This document shows positions 1 to 11,617 of a stretch of 64,000 nt of DNA, piece by piece (position 1 is the stretch's first letter; every line of letters starts with the position of its first letter). Source of the stretch: Histomonas meleagridis 2922-C6/04-290x. Its lineage: Eukaryota > Protista > Parabasalia. The DNA lies in contig JAANOX010000149.1 of assembly GCA_020184695.1 (NCBI GenBank), positions 1-64,000 on the forward strand, in the 5' to 3' direction. Made by a program: the position numbers and the translations under genes. Under the pieces are notes generated by a model that was not told where the DNA came from, did no database searches, and saw only the letters and a list, made by a program, of their open reading frames with translations.

Positions 1-6
1 CAGAAA

Positions 7-1488
7 ATGAAACATGGTTTTTCTTCTCAACTAGCTGAAAAGTTTGCAAAAAGATTTTATGAATTCCCTTCTGGTTCAATGCCATCAGATGATGCCCTCT
101 CTCTTTATGAAAGCCATGCAGAATCAATCGAAAGGATAATTGAATCAATCATTATTGTTGGTTCACATCCATGGGAAGATGACCGTACTCCAAAGCTTCT
201 TTATTGTTCCAGTAGTAATCCCACAAACGATGATAAAATGTTAGCTGATTTCTGTTTTCCGAATGGGAAAACTGAAATACATAAGAAAGTTTTTTCAAGA
301 CCAGACCTCGTTCTTTCTCATATTTTCCAAGACCCCAACAAAATCAAGTTTGATTTTTTTACATTTTATTTTCCCAGCAATGATTCGGCTCCATATGCAT
401 TTTGTTCAGGTTACGAAGCTTCTACATTTACGTTTCCAACTTTTGCTCATAATCTCACTAAAAAACAAGTATTTGATTCCTTCAAAAATAATACATTATA
501 TACTACCAAAATCTTCATATGTATCCGAACCAAATTTCCTTTCGATGAACTATTCCAAATGTTTGCAAAGTGGATTCTCCAAAGTGAACACATTGGCAGG
601 ATGAACATTTATCAAGAATCCAACATCAAATTCAACAGTAATCTGCAAACGGTCTCCAATCAAACGGTCTCTAATGGCGAAACCAGTTTCCTCTTTCAGG
701 ATTGGCCTCAATCACAGCGTAGAAAGATCACTGTTGTTTTTGGGCGCATCCTCAACATAATCCCACCAGTACCTGGTCGAGATGTTTCTTTTGACATTGA
801 ACCATTTCCACTATTTACTTGGCAACGACCATCACTTAATGGTGGATCTTATTTACCACTTGCATGGAACTCATTATCTATGGCTATACAACTTATTTCA
901 CCTGATTTATTTCTGAAAATATTTAAAGCTGTATGTCTTGAAAGAACGATTATAGTCTATCATGATGACATGGCAAACGTCACCAACTTTCTTCTCGCGC
1001 TCATTTTTGCGCTTAAACCCATGCGTTGGGTTTCCGGATTTATATCCATATTGCCTGACAAACTTAAAGATATGCTTGATTCGCCATCACCACTAATGAT
1101 TGGTATGGTTGAGCCATTGCATGAAGTATATTCCGGCCATGTTTATGTTGATCTTAAGAAACGGAATATTACATCTGTCGAAAAGATCGAAAAAATGAAA
1201 CTTATTGATGAGTTACTTCCTTTTTTAAAAAAGAATTGGAAACCTGAGAACGTGAGTGAGATTTTGAATAGACTGAATGATATAATGCAAACGATTATTA
1301 ATAATGTGGAAAAATCGATTGTTTCGAACTTGTCTAAAGCGCAAGTTACATCGAATTTTGTGGAAGAACTTTTCTTGTGTTATTTCGATAGCGGATCTAA
1401 AGAGTTCTTGGAACAGATGTGCGTGTCGCAAATGTTTAGATTTTTGGTGGAGCAAATGTGTAAAATGAAAAGCGACATGAACAAATAG
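7..1488 (+). CDS. DENN-domain protein (putative Rab GEF); may be 5'-incomplete at the window edge
   Basis: cDENN-like core FKAVCLERTIIVYHDD...LIFALKPMRW...FISILP...LDSPSPLMIG; uDENN-like DFCFPNG segment. Confidence 0.8.
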   Translation: MKHGFSSQLAEKFAKRFYEFPSGSMPSDDALSLYESHAESIERIIESIIIVGSHPWEDDRTPKLLYCSSSNPTNDDKMLADFCFPNGKTEIHKKVFSRPDLVLSHIFQDPNKIKFDFFTFYFPSNDSAPYAFCSGYEASTFTFPTFAHNLTKKQVFDSFKNNTLYTTKIFICIRTKFPFDELFQMFAKWILQSEHIGRMNIYQESNIKFNSNLQTVSNQTVSNGETSFLFQDWPQSQRRKITVVFGRILNIIPPVPGRDVSFDIEPFPLFTWQRPSLNGGSYLPLAWNSLSMAIQLISPDLFLKIFKAVCLERTIIVYHDDMANVTNFLLALIFALKPMRWVSGFISILPDKLKDMLDSPSPLMIGMVEPLHEVYSGHVYVDLKKRNITSVEKIEKMKLIDELLPFLKKNWKPENVSEILNRLNDIMQTIINNVEKSIVSNLSKAQVTSNFVEELFLCYFDSGSKEFLEQMCVSQMFRFLVEQMCKMKSDMNK

Positions 1489-1600
1489 GCTTGAATTGTT
1501 TGTGCGGTCAATGATTTTAATAAAAATCCATTAGATAAAAACTCTATATTTAATGAAACAATTAAATGTATTTTATAGTTTTCTGCATTTTTTTTTTCTT

Positions 1601-1832
1601 GTTTTTACAAATAAATGAAAATTGTTTTACAAATAAATGAAAATTATTTTTACAAATAAATGAAAATTATTTTACAAATAAATGAAAATTATTTTACAAA
1701 TAAATGAAAATTGTTTTTACAAATAAATGAAAATTGTTTTACAAATAAATGAAAATTGTTTTTACAAATAAATGAAAATTATTTTTACAAATAAATGAAA
1801 ATTGTTTTACAAATAAATGAAAATTGTTTTAC
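1601..1832. repeat. 22-23 bp minisatellite, 10 units of ACAAATAAATGAAAATT(G/A)TTTT(T)
   Basis: Unit starts at 1607, 1629, 1652, 1674, 1696, 1719, 1741, 1764, 1787, 1809. Confidence 0.97.
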
Positions 1833-1990
1833 TTCTATTTATGGTTGAAATAATGTTAGTGAATATAATTATAAAACACATTTATAAAAAAACATGGATA
1901 CCATAAAAAAATAGACAAAAACAAAATTTAATTCCAAAAGTAATCAAAACAACCACTTTTGATAATTTATTGCAAATATCTTAAGGGAAA

Positions 1991-4900
1991 ATGGAAAATG
2001 ATTCTTTATCTTTTAAAAATGATAAAGAAACAAAGGAAAGGATTATGAAAAAACTTAAAAATATTAACATTACAGAAGAAGGACCAAAAGAAGAAGCATT
2101 TATAAACCCTCCTAATATTCGTGATAAAGAAATAGAAAGTATTAATTATGAAATAGAAGATTGGGTAAGAAATAATAAGTCACTTACATCATGTTCATGG
2201 GCAAAATTTATTAAGGATGTTATTGAAGTAGAAAACCCATATTTAAGTCAGATGGCTTTAAAGAAAAGCTCACAACCTAAATTTTCAAATAATATATTTG
2301 TTAAATTTTTTTCAGAGAACTGCCAATACTTAGAAATTCCAAATTTTCAAATCAACTCAAGAGAAAATTATCTTCCTGAAAGAAATTTAATATTTTTAAA
2401 TGAAAGCATTGTAAAAAAATTTGATATAAATGATAAAATAATTTCACATGCTATTTCAAGTTATTTTTTATCTAAAAAAGATGTTTTAGTAAGACATCAA
2501 ATGGAATCTATTAAAGCACCACCACTAAAAGAAGTACAATATGTTTCTATTTCATACCAAAATATTCAAACGCCACACCCTTTCATAACGCCAATTCAAA
2601 TTAGTGCTATAATTCTTAGTGATAAATCATGGATTTCTGAGGAATGGACATTTTTCCCAGAAAGTAATCTTAATTTTTATCAGAAACAAAAAATTCCTAT
2701 AAATCTCAATCAAAAAGCTTCATTTGAACTTCCTGAGATGAATGACTCTAGTTATCTAATTATAATTCTTTCACATATTCTTACAGCTAATGGATCTGAA
2801 AGTCTTACTAAATATTATTTAAATGGTAAGTCAGATCATGCACAAAAAGCATTTTCTCAATCATGGCCAAAAAATACTGATATTTTTACTCCTTTTGCAT
2901 GGACATTTATTGATCTTTTCGATTTAATCCTTAATGAGGTAATAACTTTTAATAATTTTTATGCAATTGATCAATACATTACAAGTCATAATGTAAAAAC
3001 ATTAATTGAAAACGTAAAAAAAGAAAAACTTAAACCTAAATTTAAGATTTCTCTCACTTTTAAAATAGAAACGCGTTATGTTCAACATATTGAAGACTTA
3101 ATATCTAAAAATTATCGAATTATTAATTTATTATCATTTCCATCAATGGAAATCGATGCCAATCTGCATTTTGCACACAAAGTTCAGTTTTATTTACATT
3201 ATGCTTCTTTTAGACCTCCTTTTGGAATAAAAATTAAAAATATTTATGCACAAGTATCATTAAGAGATTCAAAAACAGATCAACCATTAAATTTGTATTA
3301 TTCACAAAACTTTCTAGGAAAAGACATATATGGAATTACAAAATGTCATTTAGATCAAAGAGGATTTGATGAAGTATTTGTTTTTAGTTTACCTTATATA
3401 ATGGATAGTGATTTCTATTTTATAGTAGAATTTTATAAATTTCCTATAAAACATATTACAACTAAAGATCGTAAATTAATTGGATGGTCATATATTCCAT
3501 TAACTACAAATGGAATACTTATCGAAATGGGAGAATATCAAGCTCCAATTATATATGCAAAAGAAATTGATTTAAGTAAAATTAAAAATTTAAGATTAGA
3601 TCAATCTAATTGCATAACTGTTGATATTAGATATGATTCAACTTTATTTTCATCTGATGAATTTTTTGTAAAATTTATTGAATCTAAAGGAACAGAAATT
3701 AATTTAATACCCAAAATATCGAGTTATTATATTGTTAAATCTTTATATATTATCCTTGATTTATTAATTGAATGTTTATATACAGATCAAAAAAGTACAA
3801 TTTCTGGATTAGTATTTTTGTTTGAATGTTGTAAAGATTTCGTTGATATAAAACATTTTATAATTTATGCTTCTAATTTTGCTTTAAAAAATCCTGGCGA
3901 ATATCATCGGCTTATAATGATAGGATGGACAGAATATATGGATTTAAAAGCTAATAATTTAGTTCGACCAGAACAAAAAATTTTGGAATTTTTATTTCTT
4001 TTGATTATTAAATCATTAAAAATGAATAATGATAGTTCATTCTCATCAATTTTTTCTAAGTTCATTTTCGTATTTTCAAAAGTTACTTGTCAAGAATTAG
4101 ATCCAACAGAAACAATTGTAAAATTTTCGAATTTTATTAATGCTCTTTTTGATTCTGGTTTTTGTTGTCAAGCTATTTATGCATTAATTGTTCAAACAAA
4201 TTTACTTTTATCAGAAAATTCAAATTATCTTCCAAAATTCTTGATTGAAGTTCTTAAACCAAAGTTATTTTATTGTGCATTGAAGAAAATGCCACAAATG
4301 AAATTTTTAATATGCAAATTAATAATTTTTGATCATTATGGATCAAATTTTGTATTTTCGTTGTTATTAGAGATAATATCATTATATCCTAAAGAAATTC
4401 AACATGAAATAGCATTAGAACTTTGTGAAAGTATTTGTTATTTTATACCTTTACCAAGAAATGAGTCACAAAATGAAGTTCAAGCAGATCAATTGTTTCT
4501 TGTATATCTATTGGAAAATCTTGAATATAACAAAGAATCAGCATGGTGGTGGAGTAAAATTAATCATGAACAATTTACACAATCAATTTTCACTTTGATT
4601 TATTCCACAAAAATAAGTTCTTTAGCTACAACTTCAAGCCTTCATTTAACTTACAAGAAAGAAATCTCATATTCAATTCAAGTTTCAATATTAAAAATCA
4701 TAAAATTTATGATGAATGATAAAAAATGTTTTGAAAGAATTATTTCTATTATTTATTGCCTTATTTCTCAATATCAAAACATTGCAATAGATTTATATAA
4801 TCGATTTTTAATAATTTTAACTGAGTTAGCAACAAAAGATATTATATTCTTTTTGGATAATTGTAATCCTTCACCTCCATCTCTTTTTACATGTTTATTT

Positions 4901-6526
4901 AAACAAAGTAAAATTTCATCGTTTATCGCTGATTTCTTTTTGATGATTATGGCTGCAGAATATAAAGTTTCGAATGGATTAAAGCGTTTGTATCCTTTAA
5001 TTTTTAGATCTCTTTCAAGTTTGACAAGAGATGAATTGTTTGGTATTAAATTAAAGCCATCAAATAAAGCAAAAAATTCTGTTGAAGATGTATCATTTGA
5101 AGAAATAATAAATAAAATTCGTTTACTTGGAAATATTGAGTTTCAACTAGAACAAGAAAACTTAGATATAGATACTATAAATATGTTAAGATTAAAAAAG
5201 ATTGAAATAATTAGATCATCACCAGATTCAACATTAGAAGAATTGGAAAAGTTATCAAATCAGCAAAAAGAAAATGGATATGATGCTGAATGTATTCAAA
5301 CTCGTTTATTACAATTAGCAATTATTATAGAGTATTTAACTCTACAAAAAAAGATTCCTCCTGTTTTTGGTTTGAAGCATGCAGCTCATGCATTTGATCA
5401 AATATGTTCCTACTCTCAATTTGCTCTTCATGATTCGAATGAATGTTTAAGATTAAATGGATATTGTGATAGTAAATATTTTAATATTAGATCATTAAAT
5501 GCAATGCTATACGATATTACTAAAAAATGTATTTCTACAAGGCAATATGAAACTGCAAAGTTATTGATAGATATAATTTGGCCATTATATGAAATAAAAC
5601 GTAGATTTTCGAATTTATTTAGATTTTTAAAATTATTAAAATCAATAAATGATATTGATATTAAAGAAATTGGAGAAATAATGTTTGGATGTTACTTTAA
5701 AGTAACATTTTATGGTTCGATCTTTGGGAAAATGCTAGATGGTCAAACATTTATATATCATGAAAAAAATTTAACACATCTTTATGATCTTTCTAATGAA
5801 TTAATTGAAAAGAATCAAAAGGCATTCCCTAATATTCCAATTGAACTTATTAAAGAAAAAGGGGAAGTAAATAAATCAAAGCTTTCTAAAAATAAGGGAT
5901 ACATTCAAGTTACATATATTGAACCATATTTAACAAAAGATGAAATGAAAACAAGAAGATCACAATTTGAAAGAAGCAATTTCATTTCAAAGTTTTTTTT
6001 CGATTCTCCATTTTTAAAAGATTCCAAAAAGGTCCAAGGTGAAGTTGATGAACAATGGATTAGAAGAACTATTTTAACTGTAAAATATCCAATGCCATAT
6101 GTATCTAAAATCCAAAAGATTGAAAAACTCGAAGTTAAAGAATTTATCCCAATAAGAGTTTCATATAGACAACTTCGTGAACAATTATCTTCTTTTGAAA
6201 AGGCAATCGAACAAGGAGATGCCTTAAAGATACAACAATTATTACATGGTACATTACTTGCACAAGTTAATGTTGGTCCATGTAAAGTTGCTGAAGTGTT
6301 TTTAACTAATACCAAAGTTTCTAAAGATCCAACATATCAAAAATATGTTTCAAAACTTAAAATTATATTTAGTGATTTTATTCCAATAATAAAGAAAGCA
6401 CTGGAAATTCATGGCGAAATGGTTCAATCTCAACATGAATTTAGACTTATGCAAGATACACTTGAAGATGCATTTGATTCATTTAATAATGTTTTAGAAA
6501 AATACCAAATAAATAAGAAAATTTAA
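1991..6526 (+). CDS. DOCK-family (zizimin-like) Rho GEF with C2/DHR1 and C-terminal DHR2
   Basis: DHR2 motifs YFKVTFYG, GYIQVTYIEPY, FFFDSPF, QWIRRTIL, LQQLLHGTLLAQVNVGP; 1511 aa. Confidence 0.88.
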   Translation: MENDSLSFKNDKETKERIMKKLKNINITEEGPKEEAFINPPNIRDKEIESINYEIEDWVRNNKSLTSCSWAKFIKDVIEVENPYLSQMALKKSSQPKFSNNIFVKFFSENCQYLEIPNFQINSRENYLPERNLIFLNESIVKKFDINDKIISHAISSYFLSKKDVLVRHQMESIKAPPLKEVQYVSISYQNIQTPHPFITPIQISAIILSDKSWISEEWTFFPESNLNFYQKQKIPINLNQKASFELPEMNDSSYLIIILSHILTANGSESLTKYYLNGKSDHAQKAFSQSWPKNTDIFTPFAWTFIDLFDLILNEVITFNNFYAIDQYITSHNVKTLIENVKKEKLKPKFKISLTFKIETRYVQHIEDLISKNYRIINLLSFPSMEIDANLHFAHKVQFYLHYASFRPPFGIKIKNIYAQVSLRDSKTDQPLNLYYSQNFLGKDIYGITKCHLDQRGFDEVFVFSLPYIMDSDFYFIVEFYKFPIKHITTKDRKLIGWSYIPLTTNGILIEMGEYQAPIIYAKEIDLSKIKNLRLDQSNCITVDIRYDSTLFSSDEFFVKFIESKGTEINLIPKISSYYIVKSLYIILDLLIECLYTDQKSTISGLVFLFECCKDFVDIKHFIIYASNFALKNPGEYHRLIMIGWTEYMDLKANNLVRPEQKILEFLFLLIIKSLKMNNDSSFSSIFSKFIFVFSKVTCQELDPTETIVKFSNFINALFDSGFCCQAIYALIVQTNLLLSENSNYLPKFLIEVLKPKLFYCALKKMPQMKFLICKLIIFDHYGSNFVFSLLLEIISLYPKEIQHEIALELCESICYFIPLPRNESQNEVQADQLFLVYLLENLEYNKESAWWWSKINHEQFTQSIFTLIYSTKISSLATTSSLHLTYKKEISYSIQVSILKIIKFMMNDKKCFERIISIIYCLISQYQNIAIDLYNRFLIILTELATKDIIFFLDNCNPSPPSLFTCLFKQSKISSFIADFFLMIMAAEYKVSNGLKRLYPLIFRSLSSLTRDELFGIKLKPSNKAKNSVEDVSFEEIINKIRLLGNIEFQLEQENLDIDTINMLRLKKIEIIRSSPDSTLEELEKLSNQQKENGYDAECIQTRLLQLAIIIEYLTLQKKIPPVFGLKHAAHAFDQICSYSQFALHDSNECLRLNGYCDSKYFNIRSLNAMLYDITKKCISTRQYETAKLLIDIIWPLYEIKRRFSNLFRFLKLLKSINDIDIKEIGEIMFGCYFKVTFYGSIFGKMLDGQTFIYHEKNLTHLYDLSNELIEKNQKAFPNIPIELIKEKGEVNKSKLSKNKGYIQVTYIEPYLTKDEMKTRRSQFERSNFISKFFFDSPFLKDSKKVQGEVDEQWIRRTILTVKYPMPYVSKIQKIEKLEVKEFIPIRVSYRQLREQLSSFEKAIEQGDALKIQQLLHGTLLAQVNVGPCKVAEVFLTNTKVSKDPTYQKYVSKLKIIFSDFIPIIKKALEIHGEMVQSQHEFRLMQDTLEDAFDSFNNVLEKYQINKKI

Positions 6527-6640
6527 ATATAAGAAAAATAAATAATCTGCAAAAAAATAAGATTTAAATTTGATTATTTTAGAAAAATATAAAAATAAAA
6601 ATGTTTTCATATGAAAGATTTATGGATATACACGTTTAAT

Positions 6641-7838
6641 TCATTCAATTTTATCCAAATTATATTTATTTTCATCCTCTAAACTAAATAAAATCCATTC
6701 AATAAAACAAAAAACCCCAAAAGCACCGCCTAAAACCGAACAAAGTTCAGCTAAAAACATTCTTAAAGTTTTACTTCGTTGATAAAACAAAGAAATTGGC
6801 GATATATCATATCTAAACTGTATTGATGGGAAATGTTTGTTTTCTTTTTTACAGCTTTTCATAATTTGTGATGAGTAACTGAATTTTTTGTGTTCGGGCA
6901 AAATTTGAACGACATTCAAAAAGTAGATTGTTTTCAATGCACAATTTGATGTTTGCGTTTCTTTGTGTCCATTTAAGGAACCTGTAACTCCATAACTGGG
7001 TTGGCCAAATGCAAACGAATTAATTTTGTGTGAGAAGTTGAAGTTTGATATATTGATTCCGAGTTCTTGGTATCTTTCTTTGATGTGACTATATTCATCA
7101 CCGATGGAAAAGACAAGATTTCCTTTTTCTTTAAGAACTGAGACAGTTCCATGCATACGACATGATTCATTGATCATTAATCGAATTTGTTCGCTATTGT
7201 TTTGGAAACATTGCTGAATTGAAAGAATTGGTGGAATTGGTTTCTCATATAACTTGAAATCATTCACAACATCAGTGCAAGTGTCACAACATTTATTTTT
7301 ATCCAGATAACATGGGCCACATTTGTATGATATTTTGCTCAACTTGTTATAAACATTCCCAAAAATTGGCGATTTTTCTTCATCAAATCGCTCAGTCTTG
7401 ATCCATGATTTTAATGTTTCATCTTTTGTTCCAGTAAAATCAAAATTTTCGATTGAAATGAATGTACATGGAATTCTGTAAAAGAAAATATCAAAAGATA
7501 TTTCTATTTTTTGACTTCGCGAATAGTTTAATTTATTGTTTTGATTTTGCGTGAAATCGTCAAAAAAATCTAAGTATGATTCCAAAGGAGAATGAATAAA
7601 TCTGTAAAATTGTATAGCAGCTATAGTTAATAAGGAAAACAAAAATAAAGCTGTTAGAGTTTTACTGTACGTGTTAATTTTTTTGTTTTTTAGTTGGTTT
7701 GGATGGTAACGTTCACCAATTCCATTCTTTCTTCGATAAAATATTCACATACTATATTCCAGCATGATTCATGTAAGCCATATAGTATTTATTATATTTC
7801 GTTTTAATTTTTTTAATAATACAAAATGGAAAATTCAT
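6641..7838 (-). CDS. ERGIC/Erv41-Erv46 family COPII vesicle protein, two exons (7838-7753 and 7664-6641), 369 aa
   Basis: CGPCY...CCDTC...CRMHG, NFSHKINSFAFG, FRYDISPI, FLAELCSVLGGAF. The ORF track starts at a TTG with no in-frame ATG; splicing 7665-7752 supplies an ATG exon (MNFPFCIIKK...HAGIY|KTLTALFLF). Confidence 0.8.
7665..7752 (-). other. 88-nt spliceosomal intron (GTATGT...ATTAACACGTACAG), phase 2
   Basis: Parabasalid-type 5' GTATGT and 3' (A/C)TAAC...CAG; removal joins TA|T in frame. Confidence 0.75.
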
Positions 7839-9111
7839 TTTTAGCAAAAAATATAAGAGTGTTTTTCTTTTCCTAATTATTCATTAAAGTGTTATTTAAA
7901 TCTATATATTTAGACATCAAATTGAAATTTTATTTTTTACTTATGAAATGCTAATTTTTTATTTTCTTAGCAAAATTTTTCAACATTTTCAGAACATACT
8001 CGCTTTTCATTTATATTAAACATAAATAAAAATGTTTATTGTTATAATTATGGTATCTAAATAAAAAGAAATTTGATTGAATTACAAAAAATTCACGTCA
8101 ATTACTTCTGGATGTAAGTAAATTACTGCAAAATGCAAACTTCTTTGTGGATATCAAAAAGTCGACATCCGCAATTTCAACATGCTGGACTTCCTTAAAA
8201 AAATGCAGTTCCCAATAACGCAAGCGTTTCTCTAAATCAATTGTGTGGATGTTTCATATTTTGACATGAAATAGCAATAAAGGAGGAAGTGCTCAGATAA
8301 TTAATAATGGTCGAAAATTGCGTAAAACTTAGCATTGAAGAAGAAATCGAAATTCCAGAAGGCATTAGCAAGCGCTTGCTCATCGTTTATAAATTTGATA
8401 TGTGAGAGTCGAGAGATTGTTACCAATTCAAAGTTGCATAAGACTTGTATACAATGGCCGCCTTCATCGCTATGGGACTTTCACCTTCCAAAATCAATGT
8501 GATCACATAACAATGGTTTGGAACAAACACAAAATGAAACGGAACAGGAAGAAAAAGAACTTATAATTGCATGTTAAACTCATAAAATAGATTGATAACG
8601 GAACCTTAAACGAATTAATCTATGAACTTGCATCTTTGCGAAACATTTCACTAATTTTTATAACTCTTTGAGAAAAAATAGTTAATTCAATGGAAAATTG
8701 ACTTTATTGATGGTTTCCCCTTAAGTATGAATTTTCGAAATTTTCACATTTTTGAGTCAATGTGATAAAATTATAGTGAATGGAGATAGCTAAGTTGTTG
8801 CTTGAGTTCCTTCTCATTGCATAAGGAAGTATTTAATTGAAAGAGAAAACTGCAAATTGGTTGTAAAAAATAAGCAGCACTTCCCTATCGGTTTTAAATA
8901 GAATCATGTTCAAAAAGTGAAACCGATACTATCGATTTTTTCACCAGTCCATCGTCTGTAAAAATGGTGATGAGGCCTCATTGCAATCTGACAAATATCG
9001 GCGTACTACTATTTTGAGATGCGTTTTCACATTTTTGTGTGCGTTATAAAAAAATGACAACGGCACTTGTAAGTTCTGAAACAACTTCCATACATATAGC
9101 AATCAAAAAAA

Positions 9112-10116
9112 ATGGTTGACTATGGAAATGTTATTCAAATAGGTGGATCTATCATCTTGACTATTGCTGTTGGATTTGTTACTTGCAAACTCAAATTATT
9201 TCCAATTGAATCCATCAGTGTTCTCAATCATTACTTGGGAAAAATGTGTTTTTTGCCACTTATGGCGAAATCCTTATGGCAGAAAGACTTAGCTCACATG
9301 AGTATCATGCCTTTTGTTGTTGGAACATGTGCAAATGTTACACTACATGTTCTTATAGCAATAATTTTCTTTCTCCCATTTAAAGATAGATTTAGGGTCT
9401 ACCTTTCGACAATTCTTCCAACTGTTTATGTCAATTATTTAATTGTTGGTTTTCCAATCTTCAATGCAATATGGCCAGAAAATGAAAATTTCATGATATC
9501 TGTATTGGCGCTTAGCAATGATCCGATTTGCATCACCATTTTTCTTCTTTTATATAATATCTATAAAATCCGAAAAGCAAATCAAGAACATCGTTTAACA
9601 GGCGAGCCCGAAGAGAAATTCTCGCCGATGGTAATTCTCCATATTTTAAAGCGACTCATCACCAATCCATTAATTATAGGAATAATTATTGGATTTGTCT
9701 ATGCCGCTTGTCGGTTCAAAGCATGTCCATTTTTAGACAAAGCGTTCACTTTATTACAAAGTTGTGTTTTAGCTTTATGTTTATTTTGTGTTGGCGGCTT
9801 TTTGTCACAACATTCTTTGATATCATGTAATTGGATACATTTTATAATATGTGCATTATGTAGACATATAGTTTTTCCTATTTTAATTGGTTTATATTGT
9901 CTTGCATTCCATGTATCTAATCGGCTATCAAGACAATGTATAATCATTTCTTGTTTACCTTCGGCTTCTGTGAGTTTTATTTTGGAATCTGAGTTCGATT
10001 TAAGTCCTGGTTTAGCTTCAACTATGATATTTTGGACAACAATACTTTGTATACCATTCCAAATGTTATGGTTGTTCGTAATGGACAAGCTAAATATTTT
10101 CCCTGATAATACTTGA
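9112..10116 (+). CDS. Auxin efflux carrier (AEC/Mem_trans) family transporter
   Basis: About 10 hydrophobic segments; NYLIVGFP and LITNPLIIG crossover motifs; ALCLFCVGGFL. Confidence 0.8.
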   Translation: MVDYGNVIQIGGSIILTIAVGFVTCKLKLFPIESISVLNHYLGKMCFLPLMAKSLWQKDLAHMSIMPFVVGTCANVTLHVLIAIIFFLPFKDRFRVYLSTILPTVYVNYLIVGFPIFNAIWPENENFMISVLALSNDPICITIFLLLYNIYKIRKANQEHRLTGEPEEKFSPMVILHILKRLITNPLIIGIIIGFVYAACRFKACPFLDKAFTLLQSCVLALCLFCVGGFLSQHSLISCNWIHFIICALCRHIVFPILIGLYCLAFHVSNRLSRQCIIISCLPSASVSFILESEFDLSPGLASTMIFWTTILCIPFQMLWLFVMDKLNIFPDNT

Positions 10117-10413
10117 TATAAAAAATAGATTTTGTATTTGTTTATTTTATTGTTAAAAATTAAAATACATTTTATGTCTATCTTTGTTAGTTTTTCTGAA
10201 ATTAAAAATTCAAAAGGGATTGTAAACATCTTTAAATATCAGTTTATATTGAGGAGGTTAGATTTGATATGAAGATTTCACGTTGGAATCAAAACATATG
10301 AAATTTCATACAAACTTAAAAATCTTCAAATTGTTCATTTGGAGAAATAGACAAACGTGCGAATAACCGCTGGCTTTCTGTGATGATGGAGGTTATGGCT
10401 GACCTTAGTCGAC

Positions 10414-10986
10414 ATGACGAGTCATAACTTCGGTCGTACATTCAAGAAGCCAATGCGTCCATACGAAAAAGAACGTATTCACCGCGAACTTAAGGTTGTC
10501 GGTGAGTACGGTCTTAAGAACAAACGTGAACTTTGGAGAGTAAATTATACTCTTGCTAAAATCCGAAAAGCTGCACGTAACCTTCTCATGCTTCCAGAAA
10601 ACGACACAAAGCGTATCTTTGAAGGTGCCGCTCTCCTTCGTCGTTTGACACGCCTTGGTGTTCTTGATGAAACAAAACAAAAGCTCGATTATGTACTTTC
10701 ACTCACACCAAATGATCTCCTTGATCGCCGTCTTCAAACTCAAGTACACAAAGCAGCTCTTGCTAAATCAATTCATCATGCACGTACACTCATCAACCAT
10801 CGTCACATTGCAGTTGAAAACCAACTCGTTAACCAACCACAGTTCCTTGTTTGGAAAGAATCAGAACGTAATATTCGTTATGCTGACAATTCTGTTATGA
10901 CAACAGAAAAGGCCGGCCGTAAGAGAAGAATGAGGGCTAAGGACGCTGCAAAGAAGCAAGGAAAGGGCGATGACTTCTCAGAGTAA
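10414..10986 (+). CDS. RPS9: 40S ribosomal protein S9 (uS4)
   Basis: RPYEKER...[23 protein letters not shown]...[17 protein letters not shown]. Confidence 0.97.
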   Translation: MTSHNFGRTFKKPMRPYEKERIHRELKVVGEYGLKNKRELWRVNYTLAKIRKAARNLLMLPENDTKRIFEGAALLRRLTRLGVLDETKQKLDYVLSLTPNDLLDRRLQTQVHKAALAKSIHHARTLINHRHIAVENQLVNQPQFLVWKESERNIRYADNSVMTTEKAGRKRRMRAKDAAKKQGKGDDFSE

Positions 10987-11056
10987 AGGAATATAACTTC
11001 ATTAATCATTTATTAATTTTGATATCAAATAAATAATCCTTCTATCTCTGCAAATC

Positions 11057-11617
11057 CTATAGATCGCTCGGGCCATCAATGTTATGAAGATCGCTACTGA
11101 ATGATGTTTGGTTAATTACGGTGTTTAATTCTAATCCGTTTTGATTGGAAATTTGATTTCGTAAACCAGAATACCATCTGTTTTTCACGGCACTTGAACT
11201 ACGACCAGGAAGTTTCTTTGCTATTAGAGACCATCTATTCCCAATTTCTTTTTGAGATTGTATTATTACTTGGTCTTCCCATGGCTCAAATAAGTCACGA
11301 CGAATTCCTGGTTTAAGCCTATTTTCCCACCGTTCACGGCATTGCTTTGATGTTCTGGTTGGAACAAACTTTGCAATATCTGTCCATTTTTTTGGGCCGA
11401 GTTGAGAAACGGCTGAAACTAACTTTTCATCCTCTTGTTGTGTCCATGCACCCCTGGAAATAGGTGTATTATCTTTTGGATTCTGCTGAATTTTTAGAAA
11501 AAAATTGACCAAATCTTGTGCATGAGTTGATATATCATTTTGTCCGAACATGGGGTCGTTTAAAGTTTGTGGTTGTTGTGTATGTGGAGGAGAATTTGGA
11601 TCGAAATCTCCAATCAT
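11057..11617 (-). CDS. R2R3-Myb transcription factor
   Basis: RGAWTQQEDEKL...WTDIAKFVPTRTSKQCRERW and WEDQVII...GNRWSLIAKKLPGRSSSAVKNRWY. Confidence 0.93.
   Translation of the reverse strand: MIGDFDPNSPPHTQQPQTLNDPMFGQNDISTHAQDLVNFFLKIQQNPKDNTPISRGAWTQQEDEKLVSAVSQLGPKKWTDIAKFVPTRTSKQCRERWENRLKPGIRRDLFEPWEDQVIIQSQKEIGNRWSLIAKKLPGRSSSAVKNRWYSGLRNQISNQNGLELNTVINQTSFSSDLHNIDGPSDL

Noticed and set aside
1601-1832. CRISPR-like periodicity
   Set aside because: Head-to-tail repeats with no unique spacers, no cas genes, eukaryotic context.
8967-8991. GTGATGA...CTGA with internal palindrome TGAGGCCTCA
   Set aside because: Too short for a snoRNA and no convincing upstream C/D' boxes; an rRNA target cannot be verified without the rRNA sequence.
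10380-10402. GTGATGA...CTGA box C/D-like motif upstream of RPS9
   Set aside because: Only 12 nt between boxes, no second box pair or terminal stem, and it overlaps the promoter.
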